Assembly (NCBI GenBank): GCA_043228905.1
Contig: JBHGNT010000002.1
Span: forward strand, 21,762,001 to 21,826,000
Direction: 5' to 3'
From: Azolla caroliniana
Lineage: Eukaryota > Plantae > Polypodiophyta
DNA length: 64,000 nt
Shown: positions 9,863-20,236 of the stretch, piece by piece
Layout of the letters: every line of letters begins with the position of its first letter
Numbering within the stretch: the first letter of the stretch is position 1
The notes under the pieces: model-generated
Seen by the model: the letters and a program-made list of their open reading frames with translations, nothing else
Database searches by the model: none
What the model was told of the DNA's origin: nothing
Position numbers and translations under genes: made by a program

Positions 9863-11075
9863 CTACTAGGTTGTGGGTCTCCTAGTGGTTTTGGGGGAGG
9901 ACAAGGTTTTGATGTATTTTGATAGTGTTTATAGTTTTTATGTGAGGGAGTGTTAGAAGAAAAGTTGGGGGTTTTTGTGTTAGGAAGAAAGGGGTTGTGA
10001 GAATAAAAGTTGGGGGTTTTTTTATTAGGAAGAAAGGGGGGGGGGTTTAGTGTAATATGGAGGATGTGTAGGGGGGAGATGAGTTGAATATGGAGGATGT
10101 GTTGGGGGGGAATGATAAGTATAATGAGAGTGATGTGGGCTAATTAAAGGGGTATGGGTAGGGTAAGGATTTGAAAAAAGGTGGGGAAGGGCATTATGAA
10201 AATTAGATGATAATGGGGGAGGTGTAGAGTGATAAATGGAAGAAAATTGTGGGGGGTTTGAATGGAATTCTTCAACATAAGGGGGGTGGGTAGAGTAAGA
10301 ATTAGACAAAAAGGGGGAGGGGGTATCCATGTAATATTTAGAAAGTAAAAAGGGGGTAGGAGGAGGAGGATGGGGGAACGAGTGAGAGAAAGAGGGAGGG
10401 GGGGGGGGGAGGAGGAGGAGGAGGGAGCTGTTTGTACAGAGAGGTTGCGTGGGGGGAGAGAGGAGTGGGGAAGATTAGGGTTATGTAGGGGGTGGGAGAC
10501 ATTGTTTTCTTCATAATACATGTGTGGGGTTGGGAGGAGAGGGGGCATGTATCCATGACGGCTGCCTTGTGCAATCCCGTGCATCATGCCATGGAGGGGG
10601 GGTTGTAGATCTATAGGCCGGCTGTCATACACAGTCCGGAGCCTTACATTGGAGGGGGAGAACGGGTACGTATGATGGTTTCCGTTTCCATTTCCATAGA
10701 TATGGTCGTTACCGGGTCGAAGATGGAGTGGTGGCCATGCTTGTAATTGTGAATGGTACCGGTCGCGTTGGCGTTCGTTGTGAGTGGCTGGCTGGTTCCT
10801 GTCGAATGTCGGTACTGGAGTATGTGGATCCGACATATATGGTGGATGGTGTCCGGCGTTGATTGTGGTATAGGGATGTGAGGGAAGTTTATTTTGGTTA
10901 ATAAATGTAACCCTCGGGCCATTAAGGTTAAAGGGGGGGACGAAGTTCTTACTAACTTCGTTTGTGGCTATATTGCAGGTAAATCGGGGGAGGGAGTGAT
11001 GATTGGTTGGTCGGAGAGGCTTTTGTTGCAAGGGTTTAGGGTTAGGTTTATGGTTGGGTTTATGGTTGGGTTTAT
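9847..11075 (-). pseudogene. PLE ORF1, Pro/His/Ser-rich; frame broken at poly-G runs; ends ...PSRPKNG*
   Basis: ORFs 10144-11223 and 10025-10330 plus an open frame 10045-9847 join at G-runs near 10040 and 10400. Confidence 0.55.
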
Positions 11076-12886
11076 GGATCGGATGGGTCGTCAACCAAGA
11101 AGACGAGGACGGCACCCAGTTCCCGATCCGATTCGGCGCAAAGGTCCTCAGTGAGCGACAGCGAGGGTACGCCCAGGTTAAACGCGAACTCTGGGGTATC
11201 ATTTCGGCAGTAAAGGCCGACAAAGACTACCTGATCGGGACAGAAGTGATTATCGAGACGGATTGCCTGCCAATTCTCGGCATGGTTTCCGAATGCGCGA
11301 CACCGGACCTGGCGATGCTCAGGTGGATAGCGTACATCAAGTCCCTGGACCCGGAAATACGGCACATTTCCGGAAAGGACAACGCCATGGCCGACATGCT
11401 TTCGAGGGCGAGGTTTGATGACGAGGGCAGCATGGTTTCGGAGGACGAAGAAGTCGGCGTGGACTTCTTCAAGGCGGCGTACGCAACGACCGATGGGACG
11501 AGCACTCCGGCACTTAACGGCTTCGACGAGAGCAAGTACGACGGCGAATGGCTCCAGATCGGTGGATTTTTTAGAACAATGACGCCGGATGCGTCATGGA
11601 CGAAGGACGAGGCCAACCGGATCCGGAAGAAAGCTTACCGATTCTTTCTCCGGGACGGATACTTATGGAAGCACCCGAAGAAGAGGAATGGCGTCCCGCT
11701 CCGGGTGGTGGCGATGAAGGAAGATCAGGAGGAGCTGCTGACGGCTTACCACGACAGCCCTTGGGCTGGTCACCGTGGAACGTGGGCCACGTTCGAGAAG
11801 ATAAAGGGGAAGTACTGGTGGCCGGGACTGTACCGGGACGTGCATCGGTTCGTGACAACTTGCGAGAGCTGTCAGATGCACTCCATAGTCCGGCATCGGG
11901 ACGAGCTTCACCCTACGTACCCTCCGACCATCCACTTCAAATGGATGGTAGATCTGGTGACGATGCCGATGGGCGTAGGACAGATGCGGTATCTGGTCCT
12001 GGCTCGGGAAGATCTGACGAACCAGGTGGAAGGCCGAGCCCTTCAGAACAAAACGACTGCGGTCGTATGTCGGTTCCTGATCGAGGACGTGGTATGCCGG
12101 TACGGGTGCGTCAGGAAGATCGTGGCTGATCGCGGGGAGTTGGACGCCGAAGAGGCCGAGGAGCTGTTCGACCGGCTAGGAGTCAAGCTCTCGCTTACCA
12201 CTGCGTACAATCCGGAGGCGAATGGGAAGGTGGAGCGCGGACACGGCCCGATCGTCAAGGCGTTAGTTCGGGCATGCGGGGGGCAAGTCGGGAACTGGCC
12301 GCGGCTGCTGCCTTACGCGTTATGGGCTGACCGAACTACGCACAGTTCGGTAACCGGATTCATGCCGGCAGAGCTCATGTTTGGGCAGAAGCCGATCATG
12401 CCGATGGAACGTACAATCTCCTCGTGGGCAACCGTGGACTGGAGAGACGAGATGAGCCGGGAGGAACTGTTGGCGGCGCGTATACGACAGCTCGAGCGAA
12501 GACCGGAGGACGTGGAGCAGGCTGCGGGAAAGCTTCGGGTGGCAAGGACGAGGAACAAAGCCCGGTTCGACCGGACGCACCGGCTCCGACCAAAGAAGAT
12601 CGAGGAAGGCGACTGGGTGCTAGTCTACGACAGCAGCCTCGACAACCAGCAACGAGCGACACGGAAGTTCGCAAGAAGGTGGTTCGGGCCTTACGTGGTC
12701 CAAAGCGCCAACGACAACAGGACGTACCATCTGGCGGAACTCGACGGCACGAGAATGGCGATACCGGTAGCTGGGAAGCGGATCAAAGCGTTCAAGAAGC
12801 GTCACGACGACGAGCCGGATCCGGTTAACCTGGACCGCGACGACGAACGATCCGAAACCGAGGAAGAACCGACGGGCGGGGAATGA
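11076..12886 (+). pseudogene. pol: Element B pol, RNase H and integrase (resumes after the PLE insertion)
   Basis: Open frame IGWVVNQ...GKRIKAFKKR with RNase H and integrase motifs. Confidence 0.9.
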
Positions 12887-12959
12887 AGGTTGGACCGGTT
12901 TTCTCCATCCCAACTCAATTTGGCGCATGCCGGTGGATGCGCGGTTAGGTGGGGGCGGA

Positions 12960-13586
12960 TGTCGTGAAGAAAACCGTCCACAAGCGGAATCGGTGCACCG
13001 GAGCGTAGGAACCGGCTCTTCATGCATTACGCCTTATGTTGTACATAGAAGATCCTAGGTAGGTAGATTCGGTAGGTAGGAAGTTAATAGGAAACGGCTC
13101 CCTTCTTGCCTAGAAAAGGAGGGAGACGAGGAGGAGGAAGGGGATCATCGCGGATAGAGAGGACGAAGTGCTGTCGGGTTGTGGGGGAAGGCTTCTCTCT
13201 CTGCCAAGCTCCGTAGCTTCGTTCTGTGGAGGTTTCGGGAGGCTCGCGTTGCTCTGAGGAATGCCCGAGTGCTTCCGGCAGCACCTCCAACCTACTTCTT
13301 CCTTTCTGTACGTTTACGAACAGGCATCGGCATCTGTTCGCCGGCCTGTTCGATTGTAACCAACGTCGTGCTTCTTGTTGTTTGTCTTGTTAACATATAT
13401 ATATACATACATTCGCGTCTCTCTGTGTCGGTTTCCCACTCGCGTCTTTGTGTTGAAGGGTCGTGTCCCTGTGAATCTACGCTCGCACGTAGTGGGTCCC
13501 TTCCCTTCTCCTTTCTCTCTTGCTCTTCGGTATAAGACCCCCGAGGTCCCGCCTCATTCCACGCATCCGCGAGGAATACCTCGACA
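12960..13586 (+). repeat. 3' LTR of element B
   Basis: Follows PPT-like GGTGGGGGCGGA; starts TGTCGTGAAGA (same start as the LTR of related element C); ends CGACA. Confidence 0.78.
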
Positions 13587-14300
13587 ACGTATAACTTTAG
13601 AACGTTCCAATGCTTGACTCTCACGATGATCTTTCAATAGATTCTTGTAATAAAAAAATCGTCATCAGATTCCCCACCGTTTGCCATGCTTTTTAAACTT
13701 GCACAAATTGTACACCCATGCGAACCTTGCGTGGTATAACAACATTGTTAAATTTCAACCTCCATAATCTATTGAAACGGCGATATTGTACACAAGGTAC
13801 ACCTTGTAACGTGTCATCCCTATATTCTTGATAAACCTCATGTCGAGTAAAGTTATCTGACAAGTGCAATCTCCCAATAGTAGGAATGATATCATAATGC
13901 TTAGAGAAATAGACATGCATCCAATTTATATAATGACGCCCTATAATTCCCTTACCACTTGAGACATTAGTATCGAATAGTACATCCACGATCCCTTTAC
14001 CATATGTTCCTGAATCTTTTGAAGACTCATGTTCCTAATGCTATGAGCAATTTTAAAAGCAGCTCTACAACACTTAATACTAGACCAAGGTAATATTCCG
14101 CATGCGTCGACATAGCCCCTGCGCCCTGATCTCTAACAAGTTGCATATGTGAAATGAGAAATATATTTTGCTCAACACCATTAAGTGATAGTTACTTCTC
14201 CTGCATTCTTCATAAATTTATCTTTCCAAATTTGTTAAGGCCTAGATTGCCACAACATGACTTCTCGAATCGCAAATTATCTGATGATCGGAACATAGAA
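13587..14300 (-). pseudogene. Degenerate N-terminal part of a putative DNA transposase (Sola-like by eye), cut by element B
   Basis: ...CRAAFKIAH...; YINWM..YF..HYDIIP...LHL...VYQEY...FNRLWR..FNNVVIPRKVRMG-CTIC..L...H...QALER, with frameshifts. Catalytic residues are not in the window. Confidence 0.5.
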
Positions 14301-15324
14301 AGTTAAATCTCTTGAAGCTAACTTGTCAAGGAACTCGTTTAAAACTTAAAGGTTTGGTCTCGGAAACTTCATCTATTGAGATTTCATTCAACTCACGACT
14401 AGCACATTGCAAAACAATATTTGGTGCATTCTTATAAGGATCGGTTGAGAAAAGCGAGTTAGAACTAGTATGATTATACATCGGGTCATTTGAAACAGGT
14501 AATATGTCACATTTTAAGAACTTTCCATCAAAAAATGCACAAATTAGGGTGATTCACAAAAAGGGGTGCCGCATGTGTAAAGGATTTTAAAAAATGACCC
14601 AAAAATATATTGATTTCTAGCAGTACGAAATTTTAGGTGTTCAAAAAAATGCCTAAATAGTGGACATGCCAAACTTACAAATAAATGTCCAAAATGACTA
14701 ACACCAATATTTATAGAAATTCATGAATCCAAATCTTGATGTACAATACAATATTTATAGTTAACGTATCAGAACAATCGTTTTCCAAGTTTATGCCATC
14801 ATCTTCATACCCATTAGATAAACTAGTAGGAGTTTATCAAGTCTCATCCTAATCATCAATGGCAACTAATGCATTGTCTTCATCTAATTGCAATCCAACC
14901 TCATCGTGGTTATGAGTCATGCTTCTTATTTGTCTTTGTGTTGTGTCTGGAGCCACATTCGAGATCCTCTTTTAGTATCTTCATTGTGGTGTGTCGCAAA
15001 TAGCTTGTTTTGGTCAAAGATAAGTCATATACTAGTATATAAACATTATCCAATGTAAGAGTAGATGTGCTTGATGCATTCTTTCTTCTTCAATTTTTGT
15101 TTATGATATTTAATTATGTACTTTATATTTACGATATTTGATTATCTGAGAGAAACCTTCTACCAAAATCATTAGAATCTAAAAAATGTCGTAAAGATGT
15201 TTTTCGTTTTTCTTAGATTCTCATAGTAAGCCTTTGATGTCAAACAAAATCCGCCGATCACGCCGTGAATTGAGAGAGTCAAACTTATAATCAGAATTAA
15301 TGCCACATTGCTGATCCTTCCATC

Positions 15325-17220
15325 TAGATTTGATGCACTATGTCAAATTTTACTCTTTACATCTAGATTTTGATGTAGTGCATCAAATTTCTGTTGTAAG
15401 TCTTGGAATTTTCTAAAAAATTTCCATTAAAAAAATGCTCTTGCATTTTCAACTAAGACACAATGCATTGCATCGTATTCTAGCTATATAGACTAAAATA
15501 TGATACACTGCATTAGATTTCAGTTAAAAATCCACTTTTAAAATATCTTTAGAAAATGAATTTTTTTTTAAAAATCTTGGATTTTCGACTCAAATCTGAT
15601 GCATTGCATTGTGTTTTACTTTATACATCTAGAATCTAATGCACTGCATTGGATTTTAGTTGAAAATATGCAATTGTTTTATTTATTTCATTATTTATTT
15701 ATTTTTTCATTTTTTCTATAACAAGATTAAAATATAAAAAAATGTACTATCAATTGAAATTCGATGTATTGCAACCAATTTTAGTCTATAAAGCTAGAAC
15801 CCGATGCAATGCATTGGATTTTAGTTGAAAATCTATTTTTTTTAAAACAATGTTTTATATTTTTTCCATAAAAATAAAAAATTATGAAAAAATAGATTTT
15901 CAATTGAAATCCGGTGCACTACATCAGATTTTAGTCTATACAGGTAGAATCCGATGCATTAGATCATATTTCCATTGAAAATACATTGATTTTATTTATT
16001 TTTAGTCTTTTTGAATTTGTTTTATTTTTTCCATAAATAAATTGAAAAACTGAATTTTCAACTAAAATCCGATGCACTGCATCGGAATTTAGTATATAGA
16101 GTTAGAATCCAATGCAATGCATCGGATTTCAGCTGAAAATCCATTTTTTTGAATTTTTTTTATTTTTCCTATAAATAAATAAATAAAAATTGAAAAAATG
16201 GATTTTTTGTGCATTGGATTTCCATTGAAAATCCACTTTTTATTTATTTTTTTCAAATTTTTCCATAAAACAAAATCAAAAATTAAAAAATGTTGGATTT
16301 CCAACTAAAATTTCTAGTTGGAAATCCATCATTTTCTTGGCCATTTAAAATGATGGATTTTTAACAGAAAACCGATGCAATGCATCGGATTTCCATTGAA
16401 AGTCCAAGATTTTTATTTTATTTTTTTAATTTATCATGGATTTTCAACTGAAATACAACGCACTGCATTGGATTTCCGTTGAAATTCCAATATTTTTTTA
16501 TTCTTTCATTTTTTTATTAAAAAACTAAAAGAAATTTGGATTTTCAATTGAAATCCGATGTAGTGCATCAGATTTCAGTTGGAAATCCATTTTTTTAAAT
16601 ATTTTTATTTATTTATCAAAAAAAAGAAAAAGTATTTTCAGCTAAAATCCGATGCACTGCATCGAATTCTAGTTGTATAGACTAAAATCCGACGCAATGC
16701 ATCAGCTCTCAGTTAAAAATCTATTTTTTTATTTTTTTTATGTTTTATTGTTTAATTTATTTTATGGAAAAAAGAAAAAAATTTGGGAAAAGAAAAAAGA
16801 AAAATGGATTTTCGACCTTAATCCAATGCACTGGATTGGATTGTAGTTGTATGGACTAAAATACAATGTAGTGCATCATATTTTAACTAAAAATCCATTT
16901 TTTATTTTTTTATGGAAAAAAATTAAAAAATTAAAAACATTTCTTGGAGTTTGTATTGAAATCTAGTGCATTGCATTGGATTCAAGTTCAAAATCAAAGA
17001 TTTTTTATTTTTTCAAATTTTATCTAGTTGAAAATCCGATATAGTGAATCAGATCCTAAATGTGGCTCTAGACACTACACAAAGACAAACAAGAAGCATG
17101 ACTTAGAACCACGATGCATTGCATCGGATTATACTCTATACATCTAGTATCTAATGCAGTGCAATGGATTCTTGTTGTAAGTGTTGAATTTCCAACAAAA
17201 ATGCGATGCATTGTATCAGT
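15325..17220. repeat. Array of about two dozen degenerate palindromes (AATCCGATGCAnTGCATCGGATT) in AT-rich spacers
   Basis: Perfect cores near 16069 and 16371. Many copies occur as pairs about 40 bp apart. Confidence 0.85.
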
Positions 17221-17389
17221 TTTGAAAATATACAAAATTTCCCCTAGTTTTCTATGTAGTTAGACCTCCATTTTCTATAGATTTCACCACATTTTTTTGC
17301 TAAGAAATACTCATTTTATGGGAGTTATTCAATCTTTCCATGTAACCACAAACTCCACACATAATTTAAAAATGCAAATATAAAACCAA

Positions 17390-17910
17390 ATATGTGGGCA
17401 GCCAATGGTCCCCTCTTCCATGGTAATGCATCTTGGTCCGAAACAAAGTTACAACAAGTTGTTTCTGAAATAAAGTTCTTAACATGACAACAAGTTGAGA
17501 ACTATGGTCTACATTTTGAGACAAATCAATAACAAAGTGGATTGCATTTAATACTAAGAGACACATTCTATATAAATAGATATAAATTACGCATTGTAAA
17601 ATTTGTTCAATGGGGTACCATTTTCATAATTTGTAAAATTGGGGTTAATACAATTAAGCTTACATGGAATTCCATTCCTTATCTCCAAATTGGATATTAA
17701 AAGAACATGACAGATGGAATATGAAACTATTGACTTTCTTGTCATGAAAATAATTAGTTGAGAATTTTAGTATGTTTTAAGAAACCATGTATGCATGTGT
17801 CATACCATTGTGAAATTGTGCTGAAATGAGCCAGTTTTTAACATCTCCCCAGAAGTAAAAAAAAGAACATGACATATTACCTGTTTCAAATGTCCTAGTG
17901 TTCAGATCGT
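17390..17910 (+). pseudogene. Decayed Cys/His-containing ORF of unknown function, paralogous to 40784-41060
   Basis: GTIFIICKIGVNTIKLTW..YLQIG aligns with GTFKKICRMRLNPINVAW..YLRIG; both end in HITCFKCP.V; many stops. Confidence 0.5.
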
Positions 17911-18720
17911 TCAAGCAAACCCTTTACTGGACTTGGAACTTTGTACTCGTCGATTGAGAAATATGAGCTACTTGACAAGGCATATTGGCCCACAAATAAC
18001 AAAGAACCTCTACTCGAAGCGGAAGAAATCTGAAAAGCAACACTCAAGAAACAAAAACACATTACTACAAATAGACAAAACTCTTTCTCATTTTAGCATC
18101 TGCTTTGAAGCAAATTGTTCATATAAGAAAACCAAAAAACATACATAATTTATTTATAGTTTATTATCAACGTATTTTGTAGGTTTATTGTCCCCAAAAT
18201 TAGTTTTTATACGATTTTATTGTTTTATTTATTAAAATTACCTTACGTTATATCATTTCTTTAGGTTAAGTCTAATTCACCTTAATTTTCAAAATTTATT
18301 TTCTTTGTAAAATAATTTAATGTATTGTTATCATTTGAAGTTCAATTTATTTTCTATTTTTTCTTTTAAAAAACTTTTAATTGTAAAAGAATATTTTTAT
18401 TTGAAAACAAAATAATAATAATAAGTTACTATATAAAGGGTGGACCTACCCTCATTGTCAACATCACGTGTCATAAGATTACAGAGCTAAGAGCACAAAG
18501 CAAAAAAGTCATCGTTTCAGCCTTCAAAGTCAACACTCATCACTAGCCAAATATCATGAACAAGGGCAAAAAAGTCACCAAGCATGTCTCCCAAAAAAGA
18601 TTCTAAAAGATGCTTAAAAGATTCTTTGATAATTTTCTTGTTTAAGTAGTATTTTTTCTAATGTCATTTTCAAATTTTAGAAAAAGAAAAACAAGTTTAG
18701 TCAAACACAAAACAATAGCA

Positions 18721-19040
18721 AGAGAACTCGATGCAGTGCATCGAGTTCTCTCTCACGTTACCAAGAAAACTCGATGCACTACATCGAGTTCTCTTACAAT
18801 ACTATGAGAACTCGATGCACTGCATCAAGTTCTCATAGTATTGTAAGAGAACTCGATGCAGTGCATGGAGTTCTTTGTGAAAAGCAAGAGAACTCGATGT
18901 AGTGGATTGAGTTCTTGTATACTTTCAACGAGAATTCAATGCACTGCATCAAGTTCTCGAACACAACGAATATAATCCCATACGGTGCATCGGATTCGCG
19001 TACAAACATACAGGAGTCCGATGCACTGAATCGGATTTAA
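18721..19040. repeat. Second palindrome array (GAGAACTCGATGCAsTGCATCGAGTTCTC), about 8 copies at ~41-bp spacing
   Basis: Same GATGCAnTGCATC core with different flanking arms. Confidence 0.88.
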
Positions 19041-19929
19041 CAGAAAAATATGAAAAAATGGCCATGAAAAGAGCGCTTTTATAAGTGATTGTTTTACAGA
19101 ATACTCGTATATTAACTATAATTTTGTATGACATAATTAAGTTATCACATATTTTTCATATATTTTGGTGTCTTCTAATATCATTTTTACTTATAAACTT
19201 GTGTATCATATGACTGTGAGCCACGTCAAAAAGTTCCCTCCTTCAAATTAAAGATTCGGTCTCCGCAAAAGCATGAAATGGAGAATAATTTGAAAGACAA
19301 GTCGAGGAGAACATTATTCAAGTCATGAGGTGATGGAAAGCAAATAATGCTTCTTGAAGAAAAGACAACTAAGCAAAGAATAAAGAATTATTTAAGTTTG
19401 GAGTGGAGCTTGATATATGTTGAAGAAGATGGAACTCTACTCCTCATATTTGCGAAGACTAAAGGAAAAGGAAAGCTCGAGTTAGGTAAAACTTTTACCC
19501 ATGGAGAAGTTCGAAATATCGAGTATAAGGATAATGGTTCACCGAATATCTATATCGACGTTGAGAGCTCAGGTGGCACAAGGTGTGTACTTGTGGAGGA
19601 GGAGAACCTAATTATAGAATTGTGCCACCCGAAATTATTTCGAAAAGATATACAAACGAAGAGTAATTTAATTGTTGCTCTTTGACCTTATATAACTAGT
19701 GAAATGATAATGAAACAAGACGAGATGCCGCCAAAGCAGTCTCGAAAATCTAAACTGGAGCAGAGAAAATACCAGAAAAGACAAACACCCAAGGAGGAAG
19801 AAGTCGAACTTCTCGAATATTCTGAGGATGAGGAAGAGGAACTAGAGGTTTGTCCCTCTAGGTAGGCAGATCTCCTCTGGTGTACTAACTTCTGAATAGA
19901 ATAAAATTTGAGAGAATATCATTAAGACG

Positions 19930-20236
19930 AAGCTTGTGTGGAAGGGTCAACTCTTCCATCTTCCCATCACATCTATTCATCGCCCGCCTATAGACCCCGT
20001 AACAAGGAGAAGACCGCTTGAAATAAGAGAACTGCATTCGGTGCACGTCTAGAACTTGAAGTGTAAAATGAAAATTAATCCACATGCAACTGTTGTGCCC
20101 TTTTTCGTTATGGTCGACCCTGACCAATATCCAACAGTTGTGGATTTCAAATATAGTTCAGTGGACGATTACACCTATTATGTCATTGGAGGTTCTCATT
20201 CAGCTGAAGCTAGGAGACTACTTGTGAAGGAGTATC
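19930..20236 (+). pseudogene. 5' piece of the ParB-like/methyltransferase gene (ParB/Srx-like domain), cut by copia D
   Basis: LEIRELHSVHV.NLK..M..NP...VPFFVMV...YYVIGGSHSAEARRLLVKEY. The reading continues at 33431 on the minus strand. Confidence 0.6.

Larger units (their letters stand above)
7210..11075 (-). mobile_element. Endonuclease-deficient Penelope-like retroelement (ORF1, RT, 3' hammerhead), apparently 5'-truncated
   Basis: PLE-type RT with no GIY-YIG domain, sharp composition change at both ends, flanked by a 125-bp duplication. Confidence 0.88.
5291..13586 (+). mobile_element. Element B: GC-rich non-chromoviral Ty3/gypsy (end of gag-protease ORF, disrupted pol, 3' LTR), interrupted by A and by a Penelope-like element
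   Basis: RT motifs LPQGGTNSVA and FLDDIPIKG; RNase H VDTSP..IGW, ETDC; integrase GHRG..CESC, ADRGE, YNPEANGKVER, FGPY; no chromodomain. Confidence 0.92.

Noticed and set aside
11003-11223. N-termini of ORFs 11003-12886 (+) and 10144-11223 (-) as real protein starts
   Set aside because: Both read across the PLE/element B junction at 11075 and are chimeric.
5295-13030. Many short antisense and alternate-frame ORFs in element B
   Set aside because: Expected shadows of a GC-rich pol sequence; no recognisable motifs.
15325-19040. Palindromic arrays as a CRISPR locus
   Set aside because: Eukaryotic context, no cas genes, degenerate repeats, and spacers that are low-complexity and similar to each other.
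19347-19685. 112-aa ORF as an independent annotated gene
   Set aside because: No recognisable motif; it may be an upstream part of the ParB-MTase relic, but this cannot be supported by eye.
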